DNA from: a virus
Reading direction: 5' to 3' (one strand)
Length of the DNA: 64,000 nt
Virus record (IMG/VR): IMGVR_UViG_3300044800_000040
Span: 4,691-68,690 of that record
Both the position numbers and the translations under genes were made by a program. The notes beneath the pieces are model-generated. The model was not told the origin of the DNA and searched no databases. It was given only the letters and a program-made list of their open reading frames with translations. Positions 53,578 through 62,160 of the stretch are shown here, piece by piece. The first letter of the stretch is position 1. Each line of letters starts with the position of its first letter.

Positions 53578-56500
53578 TCATACTCCCCTCTTTCGGCCGA
53601 TACAAGAGACGAGCTCTGCGAGGACCCCTCCTGTGGTATTCCCAACCCCATCCATATTGGACACACCGTCCAGCGCCATGCCAATCACTTGCGCCTTGTT
53701 GTGGAGAAGGGTTGTGATGTCGTCGTCGAGGGTGTCTTGGGCCACAAGGCAGTACGAGCTGACGCTCTGCGACTCCTGTCCAATTCGGAGAACGCGGTCT
53801 TCCGCTTGGAGGAGTTCCGATGGGGTCCAAGGAAACTCCACGAAGCAGGTCGAGTCCGCCGCGGTCAGGGTGATTGCCACACCAGCCGCCTTGAGCCCGC
53901 CGATGAAGATCCGGCAGGTCGGGTCCTCCTGGAAGCGGTCGATGAACGCCTGCTTCATCATCGGCGGGGTGCGACCGTCCAGGCGCACAGGGTTGAACTC
54001 TCCCAGAGCTTCGAAGAGCCCGTCCAGGATCTCATGGTGGTGTGCGAACACAACCAGCTTCTTGCCGCTGTCCATGTAGTCCTTGATCCACTCGATGGCT
54101 GCCTCGAGCTTGGCCTTGGCAGACCAGAGCTTCAACTGGGTGATCTGCGCCAGCACCTGCCCAGGCTCCTTCTTGCCCGGTCTGGCGTTCTCCACCGCGA
54201 ACTCCGCCTCGAGCTTGGCATACGCCTTCAGTGCGGCCCGGGACAGTTCCAGGGGCACTACGCTGCGCTGCTTGATGGGCAGGTCCGGCATCACGTCCAC
54301 CTTGAGGCGGCGGATCATGACGGTCTTGGTCAGCAGGGCATGCAGCTCGTCCATGTTGGAAGCGCCGTTGAAGTTCCAGCCGTAGTCGGTGCGCTTGGCG
54401 TCGCAGAACCGCTGGGTGTAATCCCAGAAGCTCGGGAACACGTCGGGGCGCAGCATGTGCAGCACAGTCCAGAACTCGATGGGGCGGTTGATGATGGGGG
54501 TGCCGGAGGTGGCCACGATGTGCCGGCAACCTGTCGCCAGGCCGGGGTGCTTGATCTTCACCTTCTGCCAGGTGGCCTTGTCCATGATCTCTTCTTCGTA
54601 CCCGACGATGGCCCGGGTGCGAGCAGCCTTGGGGTTCTTGATCGCATGGCAGTTGTGAACCAGAACTTCGTTCGCGTAGTAACTTGGGTGTCCGCTGACC
54701 TGGAGATTATACACTGTCGCACCGTCTCCAGGACCTTCTCCGGGGTCTGTACAACCTCCCAATTCCAGAATCTCAACACGCACCACCCGAGGCTGGTCAG
54801 TACCTCTGTTTTCTTGGTGTCCAGCTTCTGTGCGCGCTTGGTCTGATGTCCCCGACCATCTATCTCGATTGCAATTTTCAGTCGGGGATGGGCAAGATCC
54901 ACTTTGTAGCAATGTGGGCACTCCGGACGATTGTTTGTGGGAATAGCCACCTCCGCTGACCAATGAAGTAGGCATGCCAGAAGTTTCTGTGGTTCTGTGA
55001 GTATCCCATTCCCTCCCCGCAGGCCCTTCCACGCCCGCAGGGTCCCGTTCCGTTCCTTGGTATCTCGCATCTTCTGAATGGTGGCAGGGGAGTGCATGGG
55101 GTTCTTCTTGGTCATGCGTATTGCCGCGTCTGGTCGGGGAGCACCTTTGAGTGCTTGTGACAACTTCCTGTTGCGTTCTGGTGAGAACACCCTTTTGCGA
55201 ATTTCCGGCTGGGACATCCTCCACTTCGCGGAGCAAGATGTTCCGCAAAAGCGTCTCGGCCGATTCTTTTTCTGTGCCGCAAGGAATGTCGCCCCGCACC
55301 ACTCGCATGTCATTTCCGTCATTTTCATTTATTGTTCCCTCCTTGCGGGACACTATACCAAGAATCTTCTCAGCAGGAAACAATAATCTTCCGGTGAGGT
55401 TTTCTGCGGCCACCCATCCAGATTCCGTAAAGATGGGGTGGTTGGGAGTGCATTCAAAGCTGGTACCATCGTCGAGTACAACACGGACAAGCGTGCTCAC
55501 TTTTTTCGAGAACACCTTCTGTACCTGTCCCATTCCGAACGCATTGTACACCCAGTCCCCCACCTCTATTTCCTCGATGGGGCGTGTGCCGTGTTCTGTG
55601 CGAATGGGGGTGCCAGCGGGGAAGCACTCGTCCAAGGCAATGACCTCGGGTGTGCCAACCTGGGCGACGATCTCGCACCACCAGTCGGAGAGGATGTCGT
55701 AGTTGACGATGATGATCACGCCCTTGCTCTCTCCCTTGGCCTTGCGCACGGTGTGGTCGAAGATGTTGTCGTTCTTGCCGGGCTTGCCACGCAGGGTGAT
55801 GACGTGCGGGTCGGACATCCACTGCAGGACATGGCGCTCCCAGGACGGCTTCGCCGTGGCAGGGCACACGATCACCGCGGGGCGAAGCTCCGGGTGCAGT
55901 TGCAGGTAGCCGATGATCTGGACGGTCTTGCCGAGACCCATGTCGTCGGCGAGCAGGGCGTTGCCGCCCATCTGGTCGAGGAAGGACACGCCCACGGTCT
56001 GGAAGGGGCGCAGCGTCTTCTGGAGGCCGGGGATCGCCAGGTCGGCGTTCTCACCCTTGGTGAAGGAGGCGAACCAGTCCTGCAGCGCCTTGCCCCGGAG
56101 TTCGAAGCCCAGGTTGCGCAGACCCTCGACGGCCTGGAACGACTGGGGCAGCGTCCAGAGCTTGCGGTCGGGGCACCAGCGGCGGCCCGGCAGATTCTTC
56201 ACGTCGGCGACGGTCTGGGGGTTGTAGGGGAAGCTCACCAGAAGCGTATTGCCCTCGAGGGTGACGAACTTGGTCGGGCTCTGGCTGCTGGCTGCACTCG
56301 CCTGGGGCACGGCCACAGGGGGCACGGGGCGCTTGCCGTTGGGTCGGGGAGCCACCTCGGCGTGCATCAGCTGCTTGGCATACTTGTGCAGCTTGGGCTT
56401 GATGAAGGACATCTGCCGCTCGGTGAGGAAGCCCTTGTCCTTGTACCACTCGGCAATGCTGGTCAGGATGTCAGCGTCGATCATGTTGAAGCCAGCGCCG

Positions 56501-56643
56501 TTCTGGTGGGAGGTCGTCTGCATGTACTTCTCGTCCTCCTCCTGGCGATGGTAGAGGGTCATGAGCGCGCCGATGGCGAACTCGTCGTTGTTCTTGATCT
56601 GCTCGATGATGCGCGCGACTTGTTCTTGCTGTTCGGCCTTCAT
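53578..56643 (-). CDS. SNF2-family (HARP/SMARCAL1-like) helicase with intein
   Basis: LADDMGLGKT, DE|CHAIKN, SGTPIINRP, QAEDRVLRIGQ; AAGGAG RBS before MKAEQQ. Confidence 0.92.
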   Translation of the reverse strand: MKAEQQEQVARIIEQIKNNDEFAIGALMTLYHRQEEDEKYMQTTSHQNGAGFNMIDADILTSIAEWYKDKGFLTERQMSFIKPKLHKYAKQLMHAEVAPRPNGKRPVPPVAVPQASAASSQSPTKFVTLEGNTLLVSFPYNPQTVADVKNLPGRRWCPDRKLWTLPQSFQAVEGLRNLGFELRGKALQDWFASFTKGENADLAIPGLQKTLRPFQTVGVSFLDQMGGNALLADDMGLGKTVQIIGYLQLHPELRPAVIVCPATAKPSWERHVLQWMSDPHVITLRGKPGKNDNIFDHTVRKAKGESKGVIIIVNYDILSDWWCEIVAQVGTPEVIALDECFPAGTPIRTEHGTRPIEEIEVGDWVYNAFGMGQVQKVFSKKVSTLVRVVLDDGTSFECTPNHPIFTESGWVAAENLTGRLLFPAEKILGIVSRKEGTINENDGNDMRVVRGDIPCGTEKESAETLLRNILLREVEDVPAGNSQKGVLTRTQQEVVTSTQRCSPTRRGNTHDQEEPHALPCHHSEDARYQGTERDPAGVEGPAGREWDTHRTTETSGMPTSLVSGGGYSHKQSSGVPTLLQSGSCPSPTENCNRDRWSGTSDQARTEAGHQENRGTDQPRVVRVEILELGGCTDPGEGPGDGATVYNLQVSGHPSYYANEVLVHNCHAIKNPKAARTRAIVGYEEEIMDKATWQKVKIKHPGLATGCRHIVATSGTPIINRPIEFWTVLHMLRPDVFPSFWDYTQRFCDAKRTDYGWNFNGASNMDELHALLTKTVMIRRLKVDVMPDLPIKQRSVVPLELSRAALKAYAKLEAEFAVENARPGKKEPGQVLAQITQLKLWSAKAKLEAAIEWIKDYMDSGKKLVVFAHHHEILDGLFEALGEFNPVRLDGRTPPMMKQAFIDRFQEDPTCRIFIGGLKAAGVAITLTAADSTCFVEFPWTPSELLQAEDRVLRIGQESQSVSSYCLVAQDTLDDDITTLLHNKAQVIGMALDGVSNMDGVGNTTGGVLAELVSCIGRKRGV
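54558..55328 (-). CDS. DUF559/Vsr-like endonuclease in the +1 frame of the intein
   Basis: AAGGAGG RBS; CEWC..FCGTSC; YKVDLA..KIAIEIDGRGH..DTKK..GWCVLRFWN. Confidence 0.85.
   Translation of the reverse strand: MKMTEMTCEWCGATFLAAQKKNRPRRFCGTSCSAKWRMSQPEIRKRVFSPERNRKLSQALKGAPRPDAAIRMTKKNPMHSPATIQKMRDTKERNGTLRAWKGLRGGNGILTEPQKLLACLLHWSAEVAIPTNNRPECPHCYKVDLAHPRLKIAIEIDGRGHQTKRAQKLDTKKTEVLTSLGWCVLRFWNWEVVQTPEKVLETVRQCIISRSADTQVTTRTKFWFTTAMRSRTPRLLAPGPSSGTKKRSWTRPPGRR
54652..55626 (-). mobile_element. Intein (325 aa) in helicase Walker B
   Basis: CFPAGT...CTPNHPIF...VYNLQVSGHPSYYANEVLVHN followed by Cys. Confidence 0.92.
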
Positions 56644-56663
56644 GTCTTGCTCCTTGGTTGATG

Positions 56664-56729
56664 TTGGGTGCCTCATCAGGCCAGGAGACCCAAGCTCCTA
56701 GCGACAGGGGGCGCACCCCCTGTTTCGGC
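56664..56729 (-). ncRNA. Type II hammerhead ribozyme
   Basis: gcc-GAAA-caggggg/ccccctg-UC-gctaggag/ctcctggc-CUGAUGA-ggc; loop uugggu can pair with tail acccaa. Confidence 0.92.
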
Positions 56730-57227
56730 TTACCTTGCCAGCGTCCGTGCAATGCTCCAGAGCCCCACGTGCCCGCGCTTGAGCACTTCAAGCAGTGCCC
56801 GCTTCTCCTCCAAGTAGGTCTGGGCGAAGGCCGGATCGAAGGCGATGATGGTCTTTGTGTTGTCGATCAGGTCGGCCAGTTTGATCGTCTGCGCCTGGGG
56901 CGAGGCCAGAGCCAAGTGCTCCAAGTCCAGGCGCTTGCGGACGGCTCGGTTGCCGTCGGTTGGCTTGGACACGTCGGTGACGGCCATGACGAGGTCAGTC
57001 ACTCGCGAGCCAAAGGTTGCTGCGAGGTAGCAGGGATCGACCCCGCAGTCCTCCACCACGTCGTGCAGGAGCGCGGCTGCGATGCTGTAGTCGTCCGCCC
57101 CGGTGGAGGCCACCAGGCCAGCTACGGCGAAGGGATGCACGATGTAGGGCTCCTGCGTGTACTTGCGCTTCTGTCCGTCATGGGCGCGCAGGGCGATGTC
57201 CATGGCCTGTATGATGATCATGCTCAT
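56730..57227 (-). CDS. RelA/SpoT-type HD hydrolase (small alarmone hydrolase-like)
   Basis: AHDGQKRK..EPYIVHP, ALLHDVVED, IKLADLIDN. Confidence 0.85.
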   Translation of the reverse strand: MSMIIIQAMDIALRAHDGQKRKYTQEPYIVHPFAVAGLVASTGADDYSIAAALLHDVVEDCGVDPCYLAATFGSRVTDLVMAVTDVSKPTDGNRAVRKRLDLEHLALASPQAQTIKLADLIDNTKTIIAFDPAFAQTYLEEKRALLEVLKRGHVGLWSIARTLAR

Positions 57228-57231
57228 GTTG

Positions 57232-57549
57232 TTACCTCACCAGCCCGATGAGCTGGTCGTTCTTGTCGATGTACATGGCGCTGTAATAGCCGCTGACGGT
57301 ACGCAACCAGTGCAGGGAGTTGTCGAGGTTGCTGCGGTACTGCCGCTCCACCCTGGCCATGATCTTGGACAGCTTGATGCGGTAGTGCCCAGGGCGCACG
57401 CCGCTGTCCGCGGTGAGGTCTTTGTGCAGGTGTCCCCAGGCGTCCTGTGTCCAGCCGTTGCGCAGTGCCCAGGCGCGGACTTCATCGGGGGTCACCCGCT
57501 TCTTGTGCGGCCTGGGCTTGGGGTTGAGTCGCATTCGTTCGATGGTCAT
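57232..57549 (-). CDS. Hypothetical protein
   Basis: GGAGGA RBS. Confidence 0.6.
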   Translation of the reverse strand: MTIERMRLNPKPRPHKKRVTPDEVRAWALRNGWTQDAWGHLHKDLTADSGVRPGHYRIKLSKIMARVERQYRSNLDNSLHWLRTVSGYYSAMYIDKNDQLIGLVR

Positions 57550-57568
57550 GTTGTCCTCCTCCTTGATG

Positions 57569-58090
57569 TTACGCTGACGCCTGCAAGGCAGTGCGAACTT
57601 CCTCGAACACGGCCGTGCTCTTTTTGCGCGACCAGCCCAGGGTGCGCTTGAGGTGCTTGGCGATGGGGTGCAGGATGGTGCGGCCCTTCCTGGCATCGGC
57701 CATCGACGCGAAGACCTCGGCGGGGGTGTTGAAGACGATGCGCACAACGATCTGTGCCTCGTGGCTCATTCGCTGCAGGGTCAGGTTGAACATGGCCTGA
57801 TGCGCCGTCGAGTCGCCGCCGCTGGTCTGGTGGTAGTCCATCAGCTCCTCGGACATGGTGAGCGGCTTGCGGCGGTTGCCCTCGTTGTAGCAGTAGTCCG
57901 TGAGGTGGTTGCGCAGGGTGGTTACGAAGAGCGTGCTGAACTTGGCTTCGCGGTTGCGCTCCCACTGGGTGTACGTTTTCATGTAGGCGACCTGCGCCTC
58001 GCTCAACAGCTCGTCCATGTCGAAGCCGGTGGTCTTGGCAAACGAGAGGCAGCCGTGGACTGCCAGGCCCTTGATGTCTTCCCACTTCAT
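57569..58090 (-). CDS. Sigma70 region 2-like phage transcription factor
   Basis: DELLSEAQVAYMKTYTQWERNREAKFSTLFVTTLRNHLTDY. Confidence 0.7.
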   Translation of the reverse strand: MKWEDIKGLAVHGCLSFAKTTGFDMDELLSEAQVAYMKTYTQWERNREAKFSTLFVTTLRNHLTDYCYNEGNRRKPLTMSEELMDYHQTSGGDSTAHQAMFNLTLQRMSHEAQIVVRIVFNTPAEVFASMADARKGRTILHPIAKHLKRTLGWSRKKSTAVFEEVRTALQASA

Positions 58091-58207
58091 ACTGTCCCCC
58101 TCCTGAACTTCTGGTTGAAGATGAACGCCCAGTGGTGGGCGCACTGGCGCAGGTGAATGCGCAGACAGAACCAACGGGCCGCCAGCTCTCTACGAACGCG
58201 CCACATC

Positions 58208-58363
58208 TTACGCCTCCAGCTTGTTGATGGTCATGCTGTCGTTGCCGTGCTTGAGGCAGTGCGCGATGTAGCGCAGGGCTTCCCAAAGGCTGGAGAACTT
58301 CGGGCCGCCGCTGGTGCCTCGGTGCTGCACTTGGTACTTGCTCGGGCGCGGTTGTCTGCTCAT
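58208..58363 (-). CDS. Small early protein
   Basis: AAGGAG RBS downstream of a hammerhead. Confidence 0.6.
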   Translation of the reverse strand: MSRQPRPSKYQVQHRGTSGGPKFSSLWEALRYIAHCLKHGNDSMTINKLEA

Positions 58364-58382
58364 GATCTGCTCCTTGTTGATG

Positions 58383-58446
58383 TTGGTTGCCTCATCAGTG
58401 ACCGGGACCCGCCCGGCCAGACAGGGGCACATGCCCCTGTTTCGGC
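58383..58446 (-). ncRNA. Type II hammerhead ribozyme
   Basis: gcc-GAAA-caggggc/gcccctg-UC-tggccggg/cccggtca-CUGAUGA-ggc. Confidence 0.92.
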
Positions 58447-58821
58447 TTACTTGATCTGCGTGACCTCGACGATTTCCAGCATGGCGCCCTGCTCGCGGGC
58501 GATGATGAGCTGTTCCCAGGCAGCCTTACCACCCAGGTCACGGATGGTCTTGTTCGCCCAGTTGCGCCAGGTCGATGGACGGGAGCCACGGGGGTTGCAG
58601 ACCTCGTTGAAGTCGCGGCGTCCGGTGAGCTGGTTCAGGGACATGCGGGCGGCCTTCTCGGCGTTTGACCGTGAGCTGCTGAAGCCCGAGATGCTGTAGC
58701 GCATCGGGGAGTCAGCCCGGTCGCACTCGACGTAGTAGGCATGCGTGTACGGGTTGTGCGAGCTGCGGGTGATGATCTCCCCAGTCGAGAAGGTGGCGGT
58801 GAACTTGTGCTTGGCGGTCAT
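58447..58821 (-). CDS. Hypothetical early protein
   Basis: GGAGG RBS. Confidence 0.65.
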   Translation of the reverse strand: MTAKHKFTATFSTGEIITRSSHNPYTHAYYVECDRADSPMRYSISGFSSSRSNAEKAARMSLNQLTGRRDFNEVCNPRGSRPSTWRNWANKTIRDLGGKAAWEQLIIAREQGAMLEIVEVTQIK

Positions 58822-58831
58822 GTTGTGCCTC

Positions 58832-59074
58832 CTAGCTCTGCAGCTTGCCGTTGGGGTTGGTCAGGCTAAACGTGATCCACTTGGCGGTGGTGACGGACAG
58901 AAGCATGTCGGCCACCCAGTGCATAGGGATGACGTAGACGATAGTGTAGCGGCGGGCGGCGATGGCCAACTTGGCAGACTCCATCGCGGCCTTCTTGTTG
59001 TGGTAGGTAGTTTCGATCCGAGTCTCGGTGCCGTCGGGCAGTTCGTTGATGTACACGCAGTTGTGAATGGCCAT
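58832..59074 (-). CDS. Hypothetical early protein
   Basis: AAGGAG RBS downstream of a hammerhead. Confidence 0.6.
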   Translation of the reverse strand: MAIHNCVYINELPDGTETRIETTYHNKKAAMESAKLAIAARRYTIVYVIPMHWVADMLLSVTTAKWITFSLTNPNGKLQS

Positions 59075-59097
59075 CGTAAGCTCCTTTGTGGTGAATG

Positions 59098-59166
59098 TTG
59101 GTTGCCATCGTCAGGCCCATGCAACCTTGCATGAGCGACACCCACCAGTGAGGCGGGTGTTTCGGC
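59098..59166 (-). ncRNA. Type II hammerhead ribozyme (extra U after A9)
   Basis: gcc-GAAA-cacccgcc/ggtgggtg-UC-gctcatgc/gcatgggc-CUGACGA-u-ggc. Confidence 0.87.
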
Positions 59167-59680
59167 TTTGTTGTACGAGGCAGGAAGGCTACCCAGCCTG
59201 TGCTCTCGGTTGTTGGGGGTAGGCCGCTGGGCCTTGTGGTGCCGCTTCCTTCCTACCCCGGTGCCCCTTGAGGGCCTCTCTTGTCAGTTCCCGGCGGCCT
59301 CGTTCGGCCGCACCCCATATATAAAGCCGTGCAAGACGCATTACAAGGGGTCTGGAGGCATTTGTAGAAAATTCTTTTCCTAACAGAACAGGCACTTACG
59401 AAAAAATCTTGCGGCAACGTGCGGCAACTGCCGAGGAAGAACCCCAGATCCGCACGAAAACCCGGGATCACCAGTGGGCAAGCATGGGAAAGGAAATCCG
59501 CAGTGAGGAGGGGCACACCAGGGTGAAGCCTGGGCCTCGATCAGCACAGGACAGCCAGCCAGAGCAGGGCAGTGTCACACCAGTCGACACCAGCTGACAG
59601 CAAGGACACCAGACAAGGTCGGAAGCCACAGTGCGCAACGCTCTTGTCTCACCGAGGATGATCCGGTAGTTGTCTCTGTC

Positions 59681-60442
59681 ATGAGCTACTACCGACAGAA
59701 GACACCATCGACTGTGGCCACACCCCCACCCAGGAAGCGTATGAGCGCACCGGGGGCAGTACCTGCGTCACCAACGGCGGAGGCACGTGATCAGTTGCAG
59801 GAGGTACGGACAGCGGCCAGGGTGGACAGGCCAGCCTCCCCAGAGGACAAAGCCCTGCGCAAGCAGTTCGAGGCCAAGGTGAAGCTGAAGGGGAAGGGCG
59901 TCCAGCTCGAAGAGGATGAGGGCTACGCGCCGGAGCCGGGGACCAGACCCAGAAGCGGCAAGCCGAGCGACATGGAAAAGAAGTTCGGCTTCCGGACAGC
60001 CCTCGCACCCATCACCAAGATGCCCAGGGGCAGCAAGCACAGGGCGACCATCATGGCAGAGGAGCTCCTCGCTGGACAGGGCAAGCTCCTGATCCGGGTC
60101 ATGATCGAGCGCGCCCTGCTAGGCTGCCCCACCTGCCTCAAGCTCTGTGCCGAGCGTCTCATGCCCGCCAAGCGGGAATCAACCATCCAGATCAAGGTGC
60201 CCAAGATCGAAACCCTGGGTGACGTGCCAGCGGCAATGCAGGCAGTCGCCGATCAGGTGTTCAAGGGGGACATCACCCTGGGCGAAGGGCGCAATGCTGT
60301 CGCACTGTTGAGCGCCTGGGCCGACAGCATGGCTCTGGCCAACACTGGGGGTGCCAAGAGCAGCACGCCCGAGGAACTGGTCAAGCGGCTGCGCGAGGCG
60401 TCCAAAGCGATGGACGCCATGTCGTCACCAGACGAGGAGTAG
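59681..60442 (+). CDS. Putative terminase small subunit
   Basis: PRGSKHRAT...IERALLG...LKLCAERLMP; first gene of the block ending in TerL. Confidence 0.6.
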   Translation: MSYYRQKTPSTVATPPPRKRMSAPGAVPASPTAEARDQLQEVRTAARVDRPASPEDKALRKQFEAKVKLKGKGVQLEEDEGYAPEPGTRPRSGKPSDMEKKFGFRTALAPITKMPRGSKHRATIMAEELLAGQGKLLIRVMIERALLGCPTCLKLCAERLMPAKRESTIQIKVPKIETLGDVPAAMQAVADQVFKGDITLGEGRNAVALLSAWADSMALANTGGAKSSTPEELVKRLREASKAMDAMSSPDEE

Positions 60443-60444
60443 AC

Positions 60445-60669
60445 ATGCTCGCGATGCTTGTCACATGGGCTACAGGGGACAACCCAATCTTGCAGTGGCT
60501 CTTGGTGGCCACCTGGCCTCTGCCGGCCATCATCGGGTATTGGCGTCATCACCATCGCCGGCACCTCATTCTGTTCATGACCTTTCTGCTTGGCTGGCTG
60601 AACCTCATCTGGGCCGCAGTGCTGGTCTGGTCCATCACAGGCAAGACCGAACCAAGGGAGCCCCAATGA
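60445..60669 (+). CDS. Superinfection immunity protein (T4 Imm-like)
   Basis: LPAIIG..RHH...LLGW.....AVLVWS. Confidence 0.7.
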   Translation: MLAMLVTWATGDNPILQWLLVATWPLPAIIGYWRHHHRRHLILFMTFLLGWLNLIWAAVLVWSITGKTEPREPQ

Positions 60670-60902
60670 ACCAGGCAATCATCTTCATCACGGGCATGCT
60701 CATCATCTGGCTGCTGACCCGGCGAGACTTGGCCTGGTGGCTCATGGACAGGCGCGTCACAGCGAGACAGGTGGCGTGCTTTGTGGGGCTCCTCGCTGCG
60801 CCAAGCTGGCTCTACGAGACCTGTGTGACCGGGCAATGGGGAATGGGCCTCCTGGCCGCGTGGTACACTGGCTGCTACTTCGACGGACTCTGGAGGAGCT
60901 GA
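60666..60902 (+). CDS. Small membrane protein
   Basis: Hydrophobic segments; ATGA coupling. Confidence 0.55.
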   Translation: MNQAIIFITGMLIIWLLTRRDLAWWLMDRRVTARQVACFVGLLAAPSWLYETCVTGQWGMGLLAAWYTGCYFDGLWRS

Positions 60903-61071
60903 TGAGCAGTCACCCCGAAGCGGACCCCACGCCAGTTCTGGTGCGTCTTGGGCGCGGTGACTTCGACAAGGAAGGGCCGTTCGACTGCGTGCGGCTGCCG
61001 GGCCTGTATCCCCGCAAGGAAACAACCATCGAGGGCTTCACCAGTGCCCCCGACGACGAGGAGGATCTGTC

Positions 61072-62157
61072 ATGACGTTCAAGTTCTGGGTCTGGATCAT
61101 CGTTCAGCTGCTGCTCACCATCCTGAAGCTGCCCCTCATCGGGCTCTTCCGCATCTGGCGTCCGAGCTGGGTGTTCGACCCGTCCCTGTTCTCGGAGTCC
61201 ACCGTGCCGCCAGGCCCGGTGAACGTGCAGGCCTACGCCATGAGCGGTGACGGACCCAAGTTCATCGGCTTGCTGTACGCTGCCACCATGTCGGACGACC
61301 ACTGGGCCGAGCTCAAGAAGTTCTGGAGGGTGGGCACGTTCGCCAGGTACCAGGACCCAGCTATGGACGCAGGCAGCGACAACTTGAGCGGCGACCAGCT
61401 GGCGGGGATGCTGTACGGCATCTGGCAGCGGCACCTGCACACCGGGCTGACTGCCCAGGAGTACAGCCAGTTGCGCGACATCTGGATCAACACGCTGCTC
61501 GGCACACCTATCCTGACCTTCAAGCACCCGACCAAGACAACGCGCCCGGACAGGGGCTACCTGCTGGGGTGGATGAGCTTCGGCTGTGACCTGATCCAGA
61601 CGCTGGCGTTCCTGGAGTTCGGTGCAGATGTGCTGAAGCTGACGCAGTGCGGGCTGATTGCCAAGCAGCTGCGCTTCTGGCTGCGCCCGATGCTCATGTG
61701 CGTGGACACCGCGTTCGCCCTGGGCAGGGTGTACGCCGCTGCCTGGTACGACGAGCACAGCACCATGCTGCTCTGCTGCCTCACCACGATGGGGCAGGCA
61801 CCCATGAAGTTCCTGCGCGACCGCTACCCAGCCAACCCTGACATCCAGGGCCTGTTCTACCGGCACGAGCTGGCGCACCCGCTGGAGGCTACCGAGTCCT
61901 TGGAACGCGCCCGGATGTTCCTCGATGACTACACCCTGGACGGGCGCGCTGTGCCCTCGGATTGGATGCAGAGCTACTTCAGTCTGCGCCAGCTCATCGA
62001 GTTCAAGTGGCCCATGAAGACCATGTCCAAGTTCATCCTGCCGAGCCAGTACCGCAGTGGCCGCTACCTCTGGGAACAGAATGACGTGCAGCCCGACCAG
62101 TCAGTGAAGACAGGGCAGACGCTGGACTACCACTTTCTCAAGAGTCTGGTGGAGTAG
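61072..62157 (+). CDS. Hypothetical protein (361 aa)
   Basis: Long ORF with phage-typical codon usage; GGAGG RBS. Confidence 0.75.
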   Translation: MTFKFWVWIIVQLLLTILKLPLIGLFRIWRPSWVFDPSLFSESTVPPGPVNVQAYAMSGDGPKFIGLLYAATMSDDHWAELKKFWRVGTFARYQDPAMDAGSDNLSGDQLAGMLYGIWQRHLHTGLTAQEYSQLRDIWINTLLGTPILTFKHPTKTTRPDRGYLLGWMSFGCDLIQTLAFLEFGADVLKLTQCGLIAKQLRFWLRPMLMCVDTAFALGRVYAAAWYDEHSTMLLCCLTTMGQAPMKFLRDRYPANPDIQGLFYRHELAHPLEATESLERARMFLDDYTLDGRAVPSDWMQSYFSLRQLIEFKWPMKTMSKFILPSQYRSGRYLWEQNDVQPDQSVKTGQTLDYHFLKSLVE

Positions 62158-62160
62158 CGT

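Noticed and set aside
57566-58213. GCGTAACAT and GCGTAAGAT as further promoter copies
   Set aside because: Both coincide with Ala-stop codons, and one is too close to the next RBS, so they may be chance matches.
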